A stretch of 54,370 bases of DNA from Vicinamibacterales bacterium (lineage in GTDB: Bacteria; Acidobacteriota; Vicinamibacteria; Vicinamibacterales; CAVVIG01): assembly GCA_040081555.1 (NCBI GenBank), contig JBEBGG010000005.1, forward strand, positions 1 to 54,370, given 5' to 3'. Positions 17,735-26,036 of this stretch are shown one piece after another. The position numbers were made by a program, and so were the translations under genes. Position 1 is the first letter of the stretch, and each line of letters starts with the position of its first letter. The notes under the pieces are model-generated. The model searched no databases, had not been told where the DNA came from, and saw only the letters and a list, made by a program, of their open reading frames with translations.

Positions 17735-18607
17735 TTAGCGGAGGTCGAGGCCGGAATCGAGGCGGATGCGCAGGACGGTGCCCGCGGCCAACTCGACGTC
17801 CTTGCCGTCGGTCGCGGCGATGGTGCCACCGCCGCCAATGAGGATGCCGGCCATCGCACCCTTGAAGCCGCCGAGGATGCCTCCAATAATCGCACCCACG
17901 CCAGCACCCGCGCCGATCTTCGAGGCCTCTCCGCGGACGCCTGCGCTCTCGAGCGCCTGCGTCACGGTGGCGCGGATGGGATAGGCGCGCCCGCCGATCG
18001 TCACCTGATCGAACACCAGCGTCAGCGCCCCTTTGCGCTCCACACGAGTGGCTCTGGTCACCGAGCTCACGAGGCCGCGCAAGACCGACCCGGCCGGCAC
18101 GATCGTGCGCGCCCCGGACTGCACGTCCACGAGCGTCGTGGCCTCGACGCGATCCTCGACCAAGGCAGTGCTAGAGCTGAGCGACCCGGTGAGTCGCACG
18201 TCGAGCTCGGTGCCGACGGGCACGTCCATGGACGATGCGGCCGGGCGAGCGGCAGGGGCGGCCGGTGGGCTCGCGGCCGACGGGCCTTCACGACGCGCAC
18301 GCGACCGCACGGTGTCGATCTGGTCGCGGAGCGCGAAGTACTCCGTGCGCGGCACCGCCTCGTTCTTCCTCATCTTCACCCTGAGGTAAATGCTCTCGTC
18401 GTGCAGACCCTCCAGCTCCTTCTGGAGCTGCGACGCCAGGGCGGCGTCGCGACTCTGCAAGGAGGAGACGTCCCGAGTCGCGTCGGTGATCGCATCCTGG
18501 AGGCGCTCGACATCCACGCTGGTCATGTTCTGCGCGGCCACAGGACGCGCCGCGCCAACCACGAAGAGCATCAAACCAATCTGCAGAGCCGTCTTGACGG
18601 TGTTCAC
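17735..18607 (-). CDS. Secreted hypothetical protein (coiled-coil + TrbI/VirB10-like beta domain + glycine zipper)
   Basis: AGGAG RBS before GTG 18607, signal peptide, VPVGTELDVRL, IVPAGSVLRG and KIGAGAGVGAIIGGILGG. Confidence 0.75.
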   Translation of the reverse strand: MNTVKTALQIGLMLFVVGAARPVAAQNMTSVDVERLQDAITDATRDVSSLQSRDAALASQLQKELEGLHDESIYLRVKMRKNEAVPRTEYFALRDQIDTVRSRARREGPSAASPPAAPAARPAASSMDVPVGTELDVRLTGSLSSSTALVEDRVEATTLVDVQSGARTIVPAGSVLRGLVSSVTRATRVERKGALTLVFDQVTIGGRAYPIRATVTQALESAGVRGEASKIGAGAGVGAIIGGILGGFKGAMAGILIGGGGTIAATDGKDVELAAGTVLRIRLDSGLDLR

Positions 18608-18646
18608 GACATTCTCCTTAACCAAGGCCGAACGCCTCTCGCGGGC

Positions 18647-18721
18647 TTACCGCCAGCGCATGAGCCGTTCGATCCAGGTGATACGGGTGAGGTCATTGTA
18701 GATGACCGTCACCATCAAGAG
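18647..18721 (-). pseudogene. 3' stub of an RseP-like (M50) intramembrane metalloprotease
   Basis: Translates LLMVTVIYNDLTRITWIERLMRWR*, matching the RseP C-terminal hydrophobic-YND motif. No upstream gene body. Confidence 0.65.
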
Positions 18722-18755
18722 ACGATAGGAAACATTCGCAGGTCTCCGGGGCAAC
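18721..18755. repeat. 36-bp imperfect direct repeat, copy 2
   Basis: See 15025-15060. This copy abuts the RseP-like stub. Confidence 0.85.
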
Positions 18756-18819
18756 CGCGCAATCGACCGTGCTGAAGCCATCAGGCCTGGGCCCTGGCTC
18801 CCGCCCTTACCAATCCGCG

Positions 18820-20034
18820 TCAGAGGGGCGCAACGCCCAGCTCACGTATCAGGATCGCGCGGGCCGCGGAGGACATGGCCTCAGCGGACCCGGTGAGCCC
18901 CCCACCCTGCGCCAGTTCGCGTTTGCCGCCACCTCGTCCACCGAACTGACTGACGAGCTGCTGGAGCACCTTGTTCGCGTCGACGGCAACGCCTGGCGAA
19001 CAGGCCACCACGACGGAGATCGGTGGAGCGGCTGAGAACAGCGCCGCGCACAGATGACGACCTGCGGTCGCAGCGGCGGCCAAGGGCTTCAGCCCCGCCG
19101 CATCCCACCCGACGATTTCGACGACGAGACCGACGTCGCCGATCTCCGTGGCGCGCGAGGCGAGCGCGTGCCCCTCGTGTACGGCTAGCTGATCCTGGAG
19201 CCCCTTGAGCTGCTTTCGAAGGTCCTTCGATTCCGCCTGCACGCGCTCGACCGCCGCGGGCAACTCCGCGGGCAGCACTGACAGCGCGCGGACGCTACCG
19301 ACCACGGCGTCCCGATAGGTGCGCAATGTGCTCAGGGCGCGGTTCCCGCAGACGAATGTCACCCGCGAGCCCCCGCGCAGCCGCTCGGACGAGAGGACCG
19401 CGATCATCCCGACCGCGCCGGTCCGGCTCACGTGCGTCCCACCGCAGGCAGAGAGATCGAACCCCGCGACTTCAACGAGGCGGAGCGTCCCCTCACGGGC
19501 GGATTCCTTCCTGAGCGGCAGCATCGCCGCTTCCTCCTGCGACACGAATCGAACGGAGACGACCTGGTCCTCCCAGACGACACGATTGGCCTCGTCCAGC
19601 GCGCGCTCGATCTCGGTTGGTGAGGCCTCGCGGGCGAGATCGATCGACGACACGTCGCTCCCCATGTGGAAGCCGACCGTCCGATTGTCGAAGAGCCGAT
19701 CGAAGGCCGCCGACAGCACGTGCTGGCCCGTGTGCTGCTGCATGTGATCGAAGCGCCGGTGCCAGTCGATCTCCCCGACCACGACCGCGCCGGGTTCGAG
19801 CGGAGTGAACAGGACATGCACGACCTGCTCGTCCACGTCGACTGTCTCCACCACCCGCGCGTCACCGAGCTGTCCGACATCGAACGGCTGCCCGCCCGAT
19901 GTGGGATAGAACGCGGTCCGGTCCAGGACGACGGCCGGTCGACCCTCGTGTTCGAGGGCGCGGACCACCGTCGCATCGAACCGGCGACAGTACGAGTCGA
20001 CGTAGTAGATACGCTGGGTGATCACGAGAGACAT
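18820..20034 (-). CDS. AlaX-L alanyl-tRNA editing protein with DHHA1 domain
   Basis: LDRTAFYPTSGGQPFDVG, Zn motifs HMQQHTGQH and ACGGTH, and GGRGGG in DHHA1. Start set at ATG 20034. Confidence 0.92.
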   Translation of the reverse strand: MSLVITQRIYYVDSYCRRFDATVVRALEHEGRPAVVLDRTAFYPTSGGQPFDVGQLGDARVVETVDVDEQVVHVLFTPLEPGAVVVGEIDWHRRFDHMQQHTGQHVLSAAFDRLFDNRTVGFHMGSDVSSIDLAREASPTEIERALDEANRVVWEDQVVSVRFVSQEEAAMLPLRKESAREGTLRLVEVAGFDLSACGGTHVSRTGAVGMIAVLSSERLRGGSRVTFVCGNRALSTLRTYRDAVVGSVRALSVLPAELPAAVERVQAESKDLRKQLKGLQDQLAVHEGHALASRATEIGDVGLVVEIVGWDAAGLKPLAAAATAGRHLCAALFSAAPPISVVVACSPGVAVDANKVLQQLVSQFGGRGGGKRELAQGGGLTGSAEAMSSAARAILIRELGVAPL

Positions 20035-20308
20035 GGCGCGCCTTGAACCGCCTGACACCGGAGACCATTCGAGCGTTCTCGGATCGACGACAGCGCCACC
20101 TCGGCAGGTGTCGGCCCCTGCGGGCCTCCCTGCTCCATCTGCCAGACACGTCGCGTCTCTTCGTATATCGCCAGGACGAAGCGATATTAGAGGGTTTTCG
20201 AGGTTGACGGAAGCGCGCTCATACGACCCAGGTCCCCACAGGTGCCGGCGCGTCAGCTCAGCTCGAAGACCCGTTCTCGGACACGCCGCCCGCCGGCGAC
20301 AGCGTGGC

Positions 20309-21670
20309 TCAAGGAACAGTAATCTCGAGCGCGGCGCCGTAGAGCATCGTGCGGTCGTTGTCCCGGGCCGCCCAGGTCAGCAGGGTGGCCACATCGGCCT
20401 TCACCGGGCCGTCGTGAACGACGCGACCGTTGACGGCCACGCGCACCGGCTTGCTGAAATCGACCACATCCGGCGAGAGCAGCAGCGTGAGCTGCTGGAC
20501 GCCGCGCGACTTCACGTCGAAGGCATTCCCCTCCCGCACGGCGTCCACGCGACCCGACGGTCTCGCGCGGTCGTACAGCGGAATGTCCATGGACGGACGC
20601 GGGGCGAAGCTGTTCACGTCGCCCAGACGCGCGTCGGAGCCTCGCTGCCCCAACCGATCGATGACCACCCAGCGGAAACGGTTGTACCGGTCGGTGCGTT
20701 CGGTCTCCCAGGACACGCGCGCCGGATACGGTACGCGCGGATGGCTGGCCATGAACGCCTCGTACTTCGGGCGCTCCTCGGGCCACCAGCTCACGTCGTG
20801 GCCGGCCTCCGGATAGATCTGGTGGACGACGGGCACGCCGGCCCGCCTGAACATGTCGACCCACGGCACCACCGAGGCAGCCGGATACAACCGGTCGCGG
20901 CCGCCGTTGACCGCGTAGAGCGGGCAGTTGACGAGGTTCCCCGCGTAGAGCTGGCCGTCGGCACCAACACGGGGATTGGCCAGCACCGATGGATGTCCGT
21001 TCAGCGGCAGGCACGCCGCCCACGGCGTGGCCGCGCGCATCCCAAAGAAGTAGACGCCGGTGCCACCATCGGAGATACCGGTGGCGTAGACGCGAGACTC
21101 GTCCACGTTGAACCGCCGCTTGACGCGGTCGAGCAGGGCCAGGACATTCTCGACCTGTCCCGCCGTCCACCACTCGGAGCCCGACCAGGCACGTGGATGG
21201 ATGACGATCTCCCCAACGCTTGGGATGCGGTTTGTCAGCGGACGCGCCGGCTCTCCACCAGCGACGGGCGCCTCTCGACTCACGCCGCCGTGCAGGTTCA
21301 CCCGAAGGGGCCACGTGCGAGTCGGCGTGTAGTCGGCCGGCACCTCCACCATGTTGTCGAGCGGATTGCCGTTGTCGGTCGTCGGCATCTCGACGCGTCC
21401 GCCGCGGGCCGCCGCATATGGCCGCCCGGCCTTGAGCCGCGTCAGGACCGCTTCAAAGGTGACACCGCTGGCGAGGATCGACGCCGTTCGCTCCTCCGCG
21501 TCCCTGGGTGATTCGGCGTCCCAGAACCCGCGAAACGCCCGGTCAAGTGGCGTCGTCGCCCTTGACGTTGCGGCGGCGACGACCCTCTCGGACACCTGGA
21601 CCGGCCACAGGCCGATGGCGCCGATGGCCACAACCAGACACCCACCGCCGATCGAGGCACGCAGTCGCAC
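20309..21670 (-). CDS. Secreted alpha/beta hydrolase (esterase/peptidase-like)
   Basis: LHGG, VDESRVYATGISDGG nucleophile elbow, VNGGRDRLYP and EAGH. Start uncertain; GTG 21670 precedes a signal-like segment. Confidence 0.8.
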   Translation of the reverse strand: MRLRASIGGGCLVVAIGAIGLWPVQVSERVVAAATSRATTPLDRAFRGFWDAESPRDAEERTASILASGVTFEAVLTRLKAGRPYAAARGGRVEMPTTDNGNPLDNMVEVPADYTPTRTWPLRVNLHGGVSREAPVAGGEPARPLTNRIPSVGEIVIHPRAWSGSEWWTAGQVENVLALLDRVKRRFNVDESRVYATGISDGGTGVYFFGMRAATPWAACLPLNGHPSVLANPRVGADGQLYAGNLVNCPLYAVNGGRDRLYPAASVVPWVDMFRRAGVPVVHQIYPEAGHDVSWWPEERPKYEAFMASHPRVPYPARVSWETERTDRYNRFRWVVIDRLGQRGSDARLGDVNSFAPRPSMDIPLYDRARPSGRVDAVREGNAFDVKSRGVQQLTLLLSPDVVDFSKPVRVAVNGRVVHDGPVKADVATLLTWAARDNDRTMLYGAALEITVP

Positions 21671-21683
21671 GACGATATATCTT

Positions 21684-22382
21684 ATGCGCGTGCCAGGGAC
21701 GGCGGACGGACTCGGCGGTCGGAGGCATCGACGCATACTCCGGTGCGCACCGGTGGTCATCGGTGTCAGCCTCCTGCTGGTACTCGTCAGCCCGGCCGCG
21801 CCGTCGGCACAGGGCATCCCCACCCTCGAACCACTCGACGCCAGCGGACGCGTCACCTACTTCATCGCCGACGGCGAGGCGGGCTCCGGTTTCCGACCTG
21901 CCGATCGGCAACTGGCCATCTGGGCGCTCGAAGCCTGGGGGCGTGCCAGCGGCGGTCGACTCCATTTCGAACCGAGCGCCGAGGCGCAAGCGCTGGTGCA
22001 GGTGCACTGGGTCGGCTCGGCAGGCGGGCGATATGGAGAGATGCGCTCGATCGACGTCAACGGGCGGCGGGGCGCGGCCGTCTACATCCGGCCGGATACC
22101 GACGGCCTAGGGCCCGACATCGGCCAGCGTGCGCGCCAGGATCCGCTGTGGCGCGACACGATCGTCTATCTCACGTGCGTGCACGAACTGGGACATGCGG
22201 TAGGCCTCAGCCACACGAGCGACTTCGGCGACATCATGTATTCGTTCCAGTTCGGCGGCGACATCCCCGGCTACTTCGGCCGGTACCGTGTGGGGCTCCA
22301 GACACGCGACGACATCGCCCGCACGTCGGCCCTGTCGGAGAGCGACCTGGCCAGGGTGCGCGGGCTGTACCCGGCCCGATGA
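21684..22382 (+). CDS. Matrixin-family (M10) zinc metalloprotease
   Basis: HELGHAVGLSH zinc motif, DIMY Met-turn and a signal peptide. Start uncertain. Confidence 0.85.
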   Translation: MRVPGTADGLGGRRHRRILRCAPVVIGVSLLLVLVSPAAPSAQGIPTLEPLDASGRVTYFIADGEAGSGFRPADRQLAIWALEAWGRASGGRLHFEPSAEAQALVQVHWVGSAGGRYGEMRSIDVNGRRGAAVYIRPDTDGLGPDIGQRARQDPLWRDTIVYLTCVHELGHAVGLSHTSDFGDIMYSFQFGGDIPGYFGRYRVGLQTRDDIARTSALSESDLARVRGLYPAR

Positions 22383-22407
22383 CGCGTGGCCACCAGCGAT
22401 CGCTGGC

Positions 22408-24870
22408 TCAGTCGGCGAAACCGGCGTCCTCGAGGGCGCGGCGCCTGGCGGACGAGAGCCGCCGCTCAGGGCTGCTCTGGTGTCGCGGTGGCTCGAGGCC
22501 GGCCGTCGCCTGCTCGCCCTTCAAGATCGCCTGAATGTTGGCCGGCCTGAAGGGCAGGCGCCTGGCGTGCCTGCCGGTCGCGTCGAAGATCGCGCCGGCT
22601 ATCGCGGGGGCGGCCACGGCATTGGCCGCCTCGGAACCCTGACCGAACGTGCCGACCTCTGGGTTATTCAGGATCACGACCTTCATCTCGGGCGCTTCGG
22701 CCATCGTCAGAATGGGATAGCTGCGCCAGTCGCGGCTGGTCACCTGCCCCTCGTCGAAGGAGACTTCCTCGTGGAGGGCGTGACTGATCCCCATCAGCGT
22801 GCCGCCTTCGATCTGGCGTTTCAACTGCATCGGGTTGACGACGATCCCTGGGTCGACCACCACCGTGCATGTCTCGACCAGCACCTTGCCGGTCTCCGGC
22901 ACCACCGATACCTGGCACACGCACGCCCAGTACGAGCCGCCCCTGTAGATCACCGAAACGCCCTGGCCCCTCGTGGCATTTGCCCCCGTGGCAGTGGCCG
23001 TCGGCCCGGGAGATGGACGTGTCCGCCACCCTGACACATCGCGCGCTGTCTCGAGCACGCGACGAAGACGTGGGTTGTCTGTGTGATCGAGCCGGAACTG
23101 GATGGGATCGACGCCGGCCAGGGCCGCCACGTCGTTGAGCGCCGATTCCCTCGGAAAATTGTGCTGGAAGTGCCCTGGAGTCCGCAGGCTGTGATTGCGA
23201 AGCCCGATGGCGAGCGGCGACGCATGCTCGCCAATCTGAAACGTGCCGTGTCCACGCTCGACGAAGGCGTCGACCTTCGTGTAGACCCACCCATCGAAGG
23301 TCGCGTTCAGAGTGGAATTCGGGTAGCCGGGCACACCCTCGGGATTGGGCGGCAGCATGGTTGGCAGCCCGGCGAGCAGCGCGCCCACTGGCCGGTTGTC
23401 GCGTCTGGCCGGCATGTAGTGGTCGAACTGATAGCCGACGATCTTTCCCTTCGCATCGAGCCCCACCTCGACGTTCGCCAGCGCCGGCGCCGACTGCGTC
23501 GACCACATGAAGTCGTCCTCACGTGTCCACTGCACGCGCACCGGACGGCCGAGGGCCTTCGACAAGATGACGGCCTCGTCCTCGCCACCGGCGCTGCCGC
23601 CATTCGAGCGCCCGTAGTGGCCGGGGCCCGCGAGGATGCGCACCACGATGGCGTCGGCCGGGATGCCGAGCATCGTCGCCATCTGGTCTCGAAGCGCCTG
23701 GGCGTTCTGGTTGCTGGTATAGACGAAGACCGTGCCGTCGGCCCGCACGTCGGCGACGGCCATGGTCGGCCCCATCGGCGCGTGCTTCATCGACGGAAAC
23801 TCGTAGGTGGCCGACAGCTTCTTGGCCGCGGATGCCAGCACCGGCACCACATCACCCTGACTGTCCGTGCTGGTCGTGACAGGGGTCTTCGTCCAGTCGG
23901 CATCCTCGCGCATCCAATCGAAGAGCCGCTTGCTGCCCGGCAGCCCTTTCCATTCCGTCCACGTCGTGCGCGATGCCACCTGACGAGCCGCGGCGACCGC
24001 TTCCCACTCGGTCGGGGCGACGACGCCGACCAGACTGCCCCGAACGACGACCTGGGCGTTCGGGAACCGCTTCTTGTCGAGCTCGCCCGCCGCGATGAGC
24101 GTCGAGCCGAGCGTCTTCGGATGCACGACCCGAGCGTGCAGCATGCCCGGCAAACGCACGTCGGTGGCCCAGACCTGCTTGCCCGTGACCTTCGCCTCTG
24201 TCAGATCGTTCCGGAACGATTTTCCGATGACGGTGAACTCGCTGGCGGGCTTCATGGGCGGATCGCCGTCGACCGTCAATCCGAAGAACGAGACCAGGGA
24301 GCCACGCACGGGGATCGTGAGGTCCAGCTCCTGCCCCTCGATGAGCGCGCCGTAGGAGATGCGCCGCCCCCCGCCGGACACGACGCCGTTCTCGACCGAC
24401 AGCTCACTCTTCGGCACGCCGAGGCGGCTGGCCGCCAGGTCGAGCAGGGCCTGATAGGTGTAGGCGGCGACCTTACGAATGTTGGGTGTGCCGCCGCCGA
24501 GCAGTCCAAACGTCCCGCCACCGTCTGGCGTGCGATCGGTGTCGCCCATCACCACGGCAACGATGGCCTCGAAGGGGACGCGCAGTTCTTCGGCGACGAT
24601 TTGCGTGTACGACGTGGTCGCCGTGGTCTGGCCGAAGTCGGCCTTGCCTGTGCGAAAGAGGATGCTGTTGTCGGCGTGAATCTCGATCCAGGATCCAGGC
24701 GCGGTCGCATCGAGCGAGTGCGTGCCGGCAGCAGCCTCGGCCGGCTGTGCCCAGAAGTCCGCACCCACGACGCTGACCCCGACAAACAGCGCGCCACCCG
24801 TCTGGACAAACTGACGTCGTGTCAGTCGAGCACCGTGTCGGTTGCCCTCGGCGTTTTCAGGGTTTCTCAT
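22408..24870 (-). CDS. Xanthine dehydrogenase-family molybdopterin-binding subunit (IorB/NdhB-like), Tat signal
   Basis: LTRRQFV Tat motif, GKADFGQ..IVAEEL, DTDRTPDGG, DVRLPGMLHARV, GRPVRVQWTRED, QIEGG and GSEAA. Confidence 0.9.
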   Translation of the reverse strand: MRNPENAEGNRHGARLTRRQFVQTGGALFVGVSVVGADFWAQPAEAAAGTHSLDATAPGSWIEIHADNSILFRTGKADFGQTTATTSYTQIVAEELRVPFEAIVAVVMGDTDRTPDGGGTFGLLGGGTPNIRKVAAYTYQALLDLAASRLGVPKSELSVENGVVSGGGRRISYGALIEGQELDLTIPVRGSLVSFFGLTVDGDPPMKPASEFTVIGKSFRNDLTEAKVTGKQVWATDVRLPGMLHARVVHPKTLGSTLIAAGELDKKRFPNAQVVVRGSLVGVVAPTEWEAVAAARQVASRTTWTEWKGLPGSKRLFDWMREDADWTKTPVTTSTDSQGDVVPVLASAAKKLSATYEFPSMKHAPMGPTMAVADVRADGTVFVYTSNQNAQALRDQMATMLGIPADAIVVRILAGPGHYGRSNGGSAGGEDEAVILSKALGRPVRVQWTREDDFMWSTQSAPALANVEVGLDAKGKIVGYQFDHYMPARRDNRPVGALLAGLPTMLPPNPEGVPGYPNSTLNATFDGWVYTKVDAFVERGHGTFQIGEHASPLAIGLRNHSLRTPGHFQHNFPRESALNDVAALAGVDPIQFRLDHTDNPRLRRVLETARDVSGWRTRPSPGPTATATGANATRGQGVSVIYRGGSYWACVCQVSVVPETGKVLVETCTVVVDPGIVVNPMQLKRQIEGGTLMGISHALHEEVSFDEGQVTSRDWRSYPILTMAEAPEMKVVILNNPEVGTFGQGSEAANAVAAPAIAGAIFDATGRHARRLPFRPANIQAILKGEQATAGLEPPRHQSSPERRLSSARRRALEDAGFAD

Positions 24871-25057
24871 TTACCACCTCGTTCTGGTCATGATACCGAA
24901 ACACGGGCACTTTCACTCCGTGTCGGGCGAGCCGACTCGACGCTGGGCCGAATCAGTGTCTTGCCGCGCATCAACGGCGGATGCACACGCCTACCCGCTA
25001 TCATCGTGTTCAGGCTGAGATACGCTTCCAAGCGAAAGAGTGCAGGAGATCGCGATC

Positions 25058-25804
25058 ATGACGCACCTCGACACGCCCCCTGGAATCAAGCAGTTGTGCA
25101 GTGTTGTTGTTCTTCTTCTTCTCGCGGGCGGCCACCAGAGCCATCGCACCGCACTACGTGCCCAGGCCCCCCCGCCTGGGAAGGAAACGCAGCGTCCTCC
25201 TGACACTCGGCAGATGGGTGGTGCGAAATCGGTCACCACGTTCTTCGTGACGAGCCGGGGGCTTGGGAAGGGAGGGAACCTCGGAGGATTGGCCGGCGCC
25301 GACGCGCATTGCCAGGCGCTCGCGACGGCAGAAGGTTCCGGAGATCATACCTGGCGCGCGTACCTCAGCACGCCCGCCACAGCCTCCGCCGCGGCGGTGA
25401 ACGCGCGCGACCGCATCGGGAAGGGGCCTTGGTACAACGCCGAGGGGAATCTCATCGCGGCTGATATCGCGGAGCTTCACAGCGACAAGAACGCAATCAA
25501 CAAAGACAACGCGGTGACGGAGCGAGTCGATCCGATTAACGGTGTCGATGACACGCCGAACAGGCACGACATCCTCACCGGCTCGAAGCCTGACGGCACG
25601 GCATTTCCGGCGGGCGAAGACACGACGTGCCGGGGCTGGACATCCAGCGGGGCGGATCACGCCCAGGTCGGCCACCATGATCGCAAGGGCCGGAGCGCCG
25701 GCGCGGCCTCGTGGAATTCGGCCCACGTGTCGCGTGGATGCAGTCAGGAACTGTTGCAGGCCAGCGGCGGCGCCGGACTCTTCTACTGCTTCGCCATCGA
25801 CTAG
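25058..25804 (+). CDS. Secreted lectin-like (DUF1554/endostatin-like) protein
   Basis: FFVTS..GGNLGGLAGADAHCQ..TWRAYLST, HDILTGS, TCRGWTS and LFYCFA. AGGAG precedes ATG 25058. Confidence 0.8.
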   Translation: MTHLDTPPGIKQLCSVVVLLLLAGGHQSHRTALRAQAPPPGKETQRPPDTRQMGGAKSVTTFFVTSRGLGKGGNLGGLAGADAHCQALATAEGSGDHTWRAYLSTPATASAAAVNARDRIGKGPWYNAEGNLIAADIAELHSDKNAINKDNAVTERVDPINGVDDTPNRHDILTGSKPDGTAFPAGEDTTCRGWTSSGADHAQVGHHDRKGRSAGAASWNSAHVSRGCSQELLQASGGAGLFYCFAID

Positions 25805-25824
25805 AACACTCCACGGACGCCAAG
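25686..25824 (+). repeat. 139-bp direct repeat, copy 1 (3' end of lectin-like gene plus 20 nt)
   Basis: Matches 27876-28014 at 136 of 139 positions; offset 2190 bp. Confidence 0.97.
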
Positions 25825-25915
25825 TCGAGGTGTGATGACTTCCACGGAAGAACTGTCCCCACGCATCGTCCTCGCCAGCATGGCGGGCGTCATCGCGGTC
25901 ATCTAGAACCCCGTA

Positions 25916-25994
25916 GTGCTCGTGCTAAGTTCTGGGTGCTGGGTTCTCGGTGCTGGTCCGACGACCCTCGCACGCAGAACTTAGCATGCAGAAC
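25916..25994. repeat. Inverted heptanucleotide-repeat hairpin
   Basis: Left arm units GTGCTAA GTTCTGG GTGCTGG GTTCTCG GTGCTGG; right arm CTCGCAC GCAGAAC TTAGCAT GCAGAAC. TGCTAAGTTCTG (25923-25934) is the perfect inverse of CAGAACTTAGCA (25975-25986). Confidence 0.8.
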
Positions 25995-26036
25995 GATTCG
26001 CGCTAGACGGAATTGAAAAGCGCTCGAAAGCGAGTG

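Noticed and set aside
20160-20192. ModE box
   Set aside because: The arm order does not fit the ModE consensus and it is not upstream of a molybdenum gene.
9187-25203. Long alternative-frame or antisense ORFs (e.g. 9187-10851, 17714-18775, 20018-21511, 23083-25203)
   Set aside because: They are shadow ORFs of well-supported genes in high-GC DNA, rich in Arg/Ala/Gly and without recognisable motifs.
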